A DNA stretch of 64,000 nt from an uncultured Gemmatimonadales bacterium (GTDB taxonomy: Bacteria > Gemmatimonadota > Gemmatimonadetes > Gemmatimonadales > GWC2-71-9). Shown here one piece after another: positions 61,065-64,000 of the stretch; the first letter of the stretch is position 1, and each line of letters opens with the position of its first letter. The notes beneath the pieces were generated by a model that was not told the DNA's origin, ran no database searches, and saw only the letters and a program-made list of their open reading frames with translations. The stretch covers positions 1,536,001 to 1,600,000 of the forward strand of contig CAVUAK010000001.1 of NCBI GenBank assembly GCA_963739455.1, in the 5' to 3' direction. A program made the position numbers and the translations under genes.

Positions 61065-62240
61065 CTATCCCGCAATTCGCTCCAAGTCGGGTACAGCCAG
61101 AGGCACGAGCATCGCAGAGCGCATCACGAGTGATTCGACGATGTCCCCGATTCGCCCTGCGATCCCGTTCCAGTCATGGGCGCGTGCCACCGCGAGCCTC
61201 CGACTGCGGTCCCGCTGAGTATCTCCTGAAGCAAGAACTTGGCTGAGTGTGGCGCTCCATGCCTCCTCGCCGTTCGCGAGGCGAACGACGTCCGGAAAGT
61301 GTCGCAAGGTCTGAATCGGTGATCCCACGACTCGGATGCCGGCGGCCAGATATTCGTGCAGCTTCGTCGGGTAGATACAGTTGGTGTATTCGCTGATCGC
61401 ATACGGCAGCATGCCAATATCGAGGTGCTGCATGTACGGTGGCAGTGCTGCCGCCGGACGACCACCGATGAAATGCACGTTCGGCAGCTTGCCAATGCGA
61501 CTCAGTGTATCCTGCAAGCCCTCCTGCGGTCGGGCAGCACCGACGTACACAAATGACCACGCCGGATGCCGCAATGCCAGGCGCTCGAGCAGCGCCCAAT
61601 CCAGTTGCGTCTTGAGGTAGCCGACATAGCCAAGGCGTGGACGCGGAATGCTGGCGTACTCAGTTGGCTCTGGAAGTGGCGCGGCGAACGCCTCGAAGTC
61701 CACGCCGTTCGGAACCTCGTGGGCCTGCTGCGCATGCTGCGCCTTCCGTTCCCACAATCGCCGCGAATGGATGATGCAGGCGTCGGCATCCCGCATCAGC
61801 GCCTCTTCTTGGGCCCTAAGGGCCCACTGGTCGTCCCCGAACTGGTAGTCATCGTCAATGTGATAGAGGCTCGCGTCATGCGCGACCTGATCGAGCGCGT
61901 CGGCGTACTGTGGCCTCCAGAGGTAGAGCAGGATCTTGTTACAACCCCGTTGAAGCAATGCACGCCTCGCCGAGCTCAGACGTGCGGACTGCACAGCGCT
62001 GGAAAGGAAGCGCGGCACGGCGAAGCCGAAGCGTGGGGCTTCCTGAACGTCGAGGCCATCCGGTGCCTTCGTCGCGTCCGCCCACGGCTCGCGCCACTCG
62101 CCGATTGGTTCGACCCATGCCACCGGGAAGCGCTCCGCTAGTCGTGCCAGAACATGATGACGCGGCTGCCACGCAAGCCCCCAGGCGTCGGGCACGAGCG
62201 CCAGAATGCCGATTCGCGTGTCAGGTGTTCTCGTCAGCAT
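61065..62240 (-). CDS. Glycosyltransferase (TuaH-like, GT-B fold)
   Basis: QPRHH, YHIDD, PNGVDF, GYVG, PTKLHEYLAAG. Confidence 0.85.
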   Translation of the reverse strand: MLTRTPDTRIGILALVPDAWGLAWQPRHHVLARLAERFPVAWVEPIGEWREPWADATKAPDGLDVQEAPRFGFAVPRFLSSAVQSARLSSARRALLQRGCNKILLYLWRPQYADALDQVAHDASLYHIDDDYQFGDDQWALRAQEEALMRDADACIIHSRRLWERKAQHAQQAHEVPNGVDFEAFAAPLPEPTEYASIPRPRLGYVGYLKTQLDWALLERLALRHPAWSFVYVGAARPQEGLQDTLSRIGKLPNVHFIGGRPAAALPPYMQHLDIGMLPYAISEYTNCIYPTKLHEYLAAGIRVVGSPIQTLRHFPDVVRLANGEEAWSATLSQVLASGDTQRDRSRRLAVARAHDWNGIAGRIGDIVESLVMRSAMLVPLAVPDLERIAG

Positions 62241-62295
62241 GCAGGATGTGGCTCCAGAATCGAGGGCTGGGGCATGGAGAATTCAGCGTTACTTC

Positions 62296-62311
62296 GGCAA
62301 GATTGGGACCG
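62296..62311 (-). promoter_or_regulatory. Candidate sigma54 -24/-12 promoter
   Basis: Minus strand CGGTCCCAATCTTGCC, 56 bp upstream of the start; 15/16 identical to 28581-28596. Confidence 0.55.
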
Positions 62312-62629
62312 CGCGCACCGGTTTCTAGGCCCGAGGCATCTCGTCGTGGAACTCATTGACAGTGAAGTAGTTGACTCGTGTTAAGTCGGCGAATGCGCCA
62401 TTTGAAGTGCGACGCTCTGCCACTCTTGAGGTTCACGGCCAGTGGAAGCGCGCAGGGCCAAGGTGCGCCCACAAGCTCGGCGGCGCCCAGGGCGGTGGAC
62501 GGACACCGCTGCGGTGCCACCGCAACAGGCCTCGGCTTTGATGTGGTGGACACTGGCGTGAAAACCTGAAGGGCACGAAGCTTCGCAGTGAAAAGCGTCG
62601 CGGAAACCGGCGGTTTTATTGGGGTTGGG

Positions 62630-62645
62630 CGGCAGGCTTTTTGCC
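62630..62645 (+). promoter_or_regulatory. Candidate sigma54 -24/-12 promoter
   Basis: CGGCAG-gcttt-TTGCC, 53 bp upstream of the ATG at 62698. Confidence 0.5.
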
Positions 62646-62697
62646 CGGATAGTTGAGCGGATCATAGATCAAGAGTACGCATCCCGGGAGGCCGCAG

Positions 62698-63504
62698 ATG
62701 GAACGATTCGAGAAGGGTGAGCCGACCGGCGCCTCGCCGCGGGATTCATTCTCGGTCTTGGTCCTGGGTTTGCTGATCATCGGGCTCCTCGCCATGGTCG
62801 CCCTCAGGTCTGGTGACGCAATCCTTGTTCGCGCTTATCATGGCGACATGGGTCTCGCGAGCCGGATACTTGCGGGCAGGGCAGTTACACCAATCGAGCG
62901 CTATCTCGCGTACTGGGACCACATCGTTCGACAGAGCGCTATTATCGCGGGATTCTGCGTTCTTGCCGTTGCGTTGGCATCCAGCAGCGCCATGCAGCGG
63001 TTCCTTGAACGCAAGCTGGCCAGTGCGCCGAAGGAAATCGAGGTCACGAGCACAGCGCGCGCTCGCTTGCCATTCATCGTCGCCACGATTTTCCTCTTCC
63101 TTCAAGGGCTGGCCATTCTCACGGAGCAAGAGCTCTGGCCCTTCAGTCCCTACCGGATGTACGCGGAGATCCAAACTAGCCAGCTTGAATCGTTCCAGGC
63201 CTGGGCCGTCACGGACTCGGGTGAGAGACCGCTTTATGCTGACGACTTTCTCCCGCCGTTCAACAATGCACGCCTGTCGCAGGCTATCGAACTGCTGGGC
63301 GCCGAGGGTGATTCAAGTGATGTCAGGCGTGGTGCCCAAAATCTGCTGCAACTGTACGAGCACGCACGGGTGGCAGGGCTTCACGATGGACCGCCGATAG
63401 AGGGTATTCGAATGTACGCGGTTCGATGGACGATTGAACCCGAGCTGAGGAACGTCACGACTCCTGACGCCCGCCATCTGGTCGGCGAGTACAAGTCCCC
63501 GTGA
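62698..63504 (+). CDS. Hypothetical membrane protein (ELWPFSPYRMY motif), probable partner of the HTTM protein
   Basis: GGAGG RBS, three hydrophobic segments, GTGA overlap with the next gene. Confidence 0.65.
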   Translation: MERFEKGEPTGASPRDSFSVLVLGLLIIGLLAMVALRSGDAILVRAYHGDMGLASRILAGRAVTPIERYLAYWDHIVRQSAIIAGFCVLAVALASSSAMQRFLERKLASAPKEIEVTSTARARLPFIVATIFLFLQGLAILTEQELWPFSPYRMYAEIQTSQLESFQAWAVTDSGERPLYADDFLPPFNNARLSQAIELLGAEGDSSDVRRGAQNLLQLYEHARVAGLHDGPPIEGIRMYAVRWTIEPELRNVTTPDARHLVGEYKSP

Positions 63505-64000
63505 ACGCTACAGCTCCCTGGAGTGCGGCCATTCAAGGTTCCAGGTGGATCCGCGCTCGGTTCGGCGAGTACCTCCTCGCGCCCATGTCAGTTGCCGAAA
63601 CCGGATGGTTTCGGATGGGGTTCTTCGCGATTGTTCTGAGCAGCTCCTTTATCGGCCAGCGGTACGTGACCCTGTGGAGCGAGGTCGACGAGGTATTCTG
63701 GCGACCGATGCTTCTGGGCCGCATGCTGCACATCCACCCTGGGTCAGCAGGGCTGCTCGCTATCCTGCTCGTCGTATGGAGGGTGGCACTGGGACTCGCG
63801 GCGATTGGTCTCTTCACCAGCTTCAGCACTCGCATTGCGGCACTCCTCGGCGTCTATCTCTTGGCACTTCCTCACACCTTCTCAAAGGTAGATCACGGCG
63901 ACACCATGGTTGCCCTGGGCCTCCTGCTCTTCGCCATCGTGCCGAGTGGCGGCGGATGGTCTTTCGATTCGCTGATCCGTCGTGCGAGACATCCGGAACC
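63501..64000 (+). CDS. HTTM-domain-like membrane protein, 3' truncated
   Basis: Not in the ORF track; read manually from GTG 63501: WFRMGFF, FWRP, AAIGLFTSFS, FSKVDHGD, GGWSFDSLIRR. Open to the window end. Confidence 0.65.
   Translation, partial: MNATAPWSAAIQGSRWIRARFGEYLLAPMSVAETGWFRMGFFAIVLSSSFIGQRYVTLWSEVDEVFWRPMLLGRMLHIHPGSAGLLAILLVVWRVALGLAAIGLFTSFSTRIAALLGVYLLALPHTFSKVDHGDTMVALGLLLFAIVPSGGGWSFDSLIRRARHPE

Noticed and set aside
1..64000. CRISPR arrays, tRNA, rRNA, IS elements
   Set aside because: No regularly spaced short repeats, cloverleaf or rRNA-like segments, or transposase motifs were seen by eye.

Overview
GC-rich bacterial DNA. Gene style (Ig-repeat lipoproteins, N-terminal cytochrome c/PQQ fusion) suggests Gemmatimonadota or a relative, but that is inference only. 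After a truncated amidohydrolase and argR, nearly the whole window is a large cell-surface glycan locus: wecB, about nine glycosyltransferases, a Wzy/O-antigen-ligase-type protein, a nucleotide-sugar dehydrogenase, two AsnB-type proteins, a heparinase II/III-like protein, two deacetylases, two Wzx-type flippases, a Wzm/Wzt ABC transporter and a CDP-sugar cassette that is heavily frameshifted (probably sequencing error). The most notable elements are four. (1) Five predicted lipoproteins are built from 1-9 BIG2-like Ig repeats carrying one of two alternative C-terminal tip domains; three of them share a 1.6-2.1 kb block that appears nucleotide-identical. (2) A translationally coupled SGNH-FkbH-ACP-MBOAT module resembles a Dlt/Alg-type system for glyceryl acylation of a surface polymer. 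(3) There is a recurring set of sigma54-type -24/-12 motifs, plus TGTGA-N6-TCACA palindromes upstream of the long lipoprotein genes. (4) A cytochrome c-PQQ dehydrogenase carries an extra active-site Asp of the type seen in lanthanide-dependent enzymes. I saw no rRNA, tRNA, CRISPR array or transposase. All calls are from motif recognition by eye; no searches were run.
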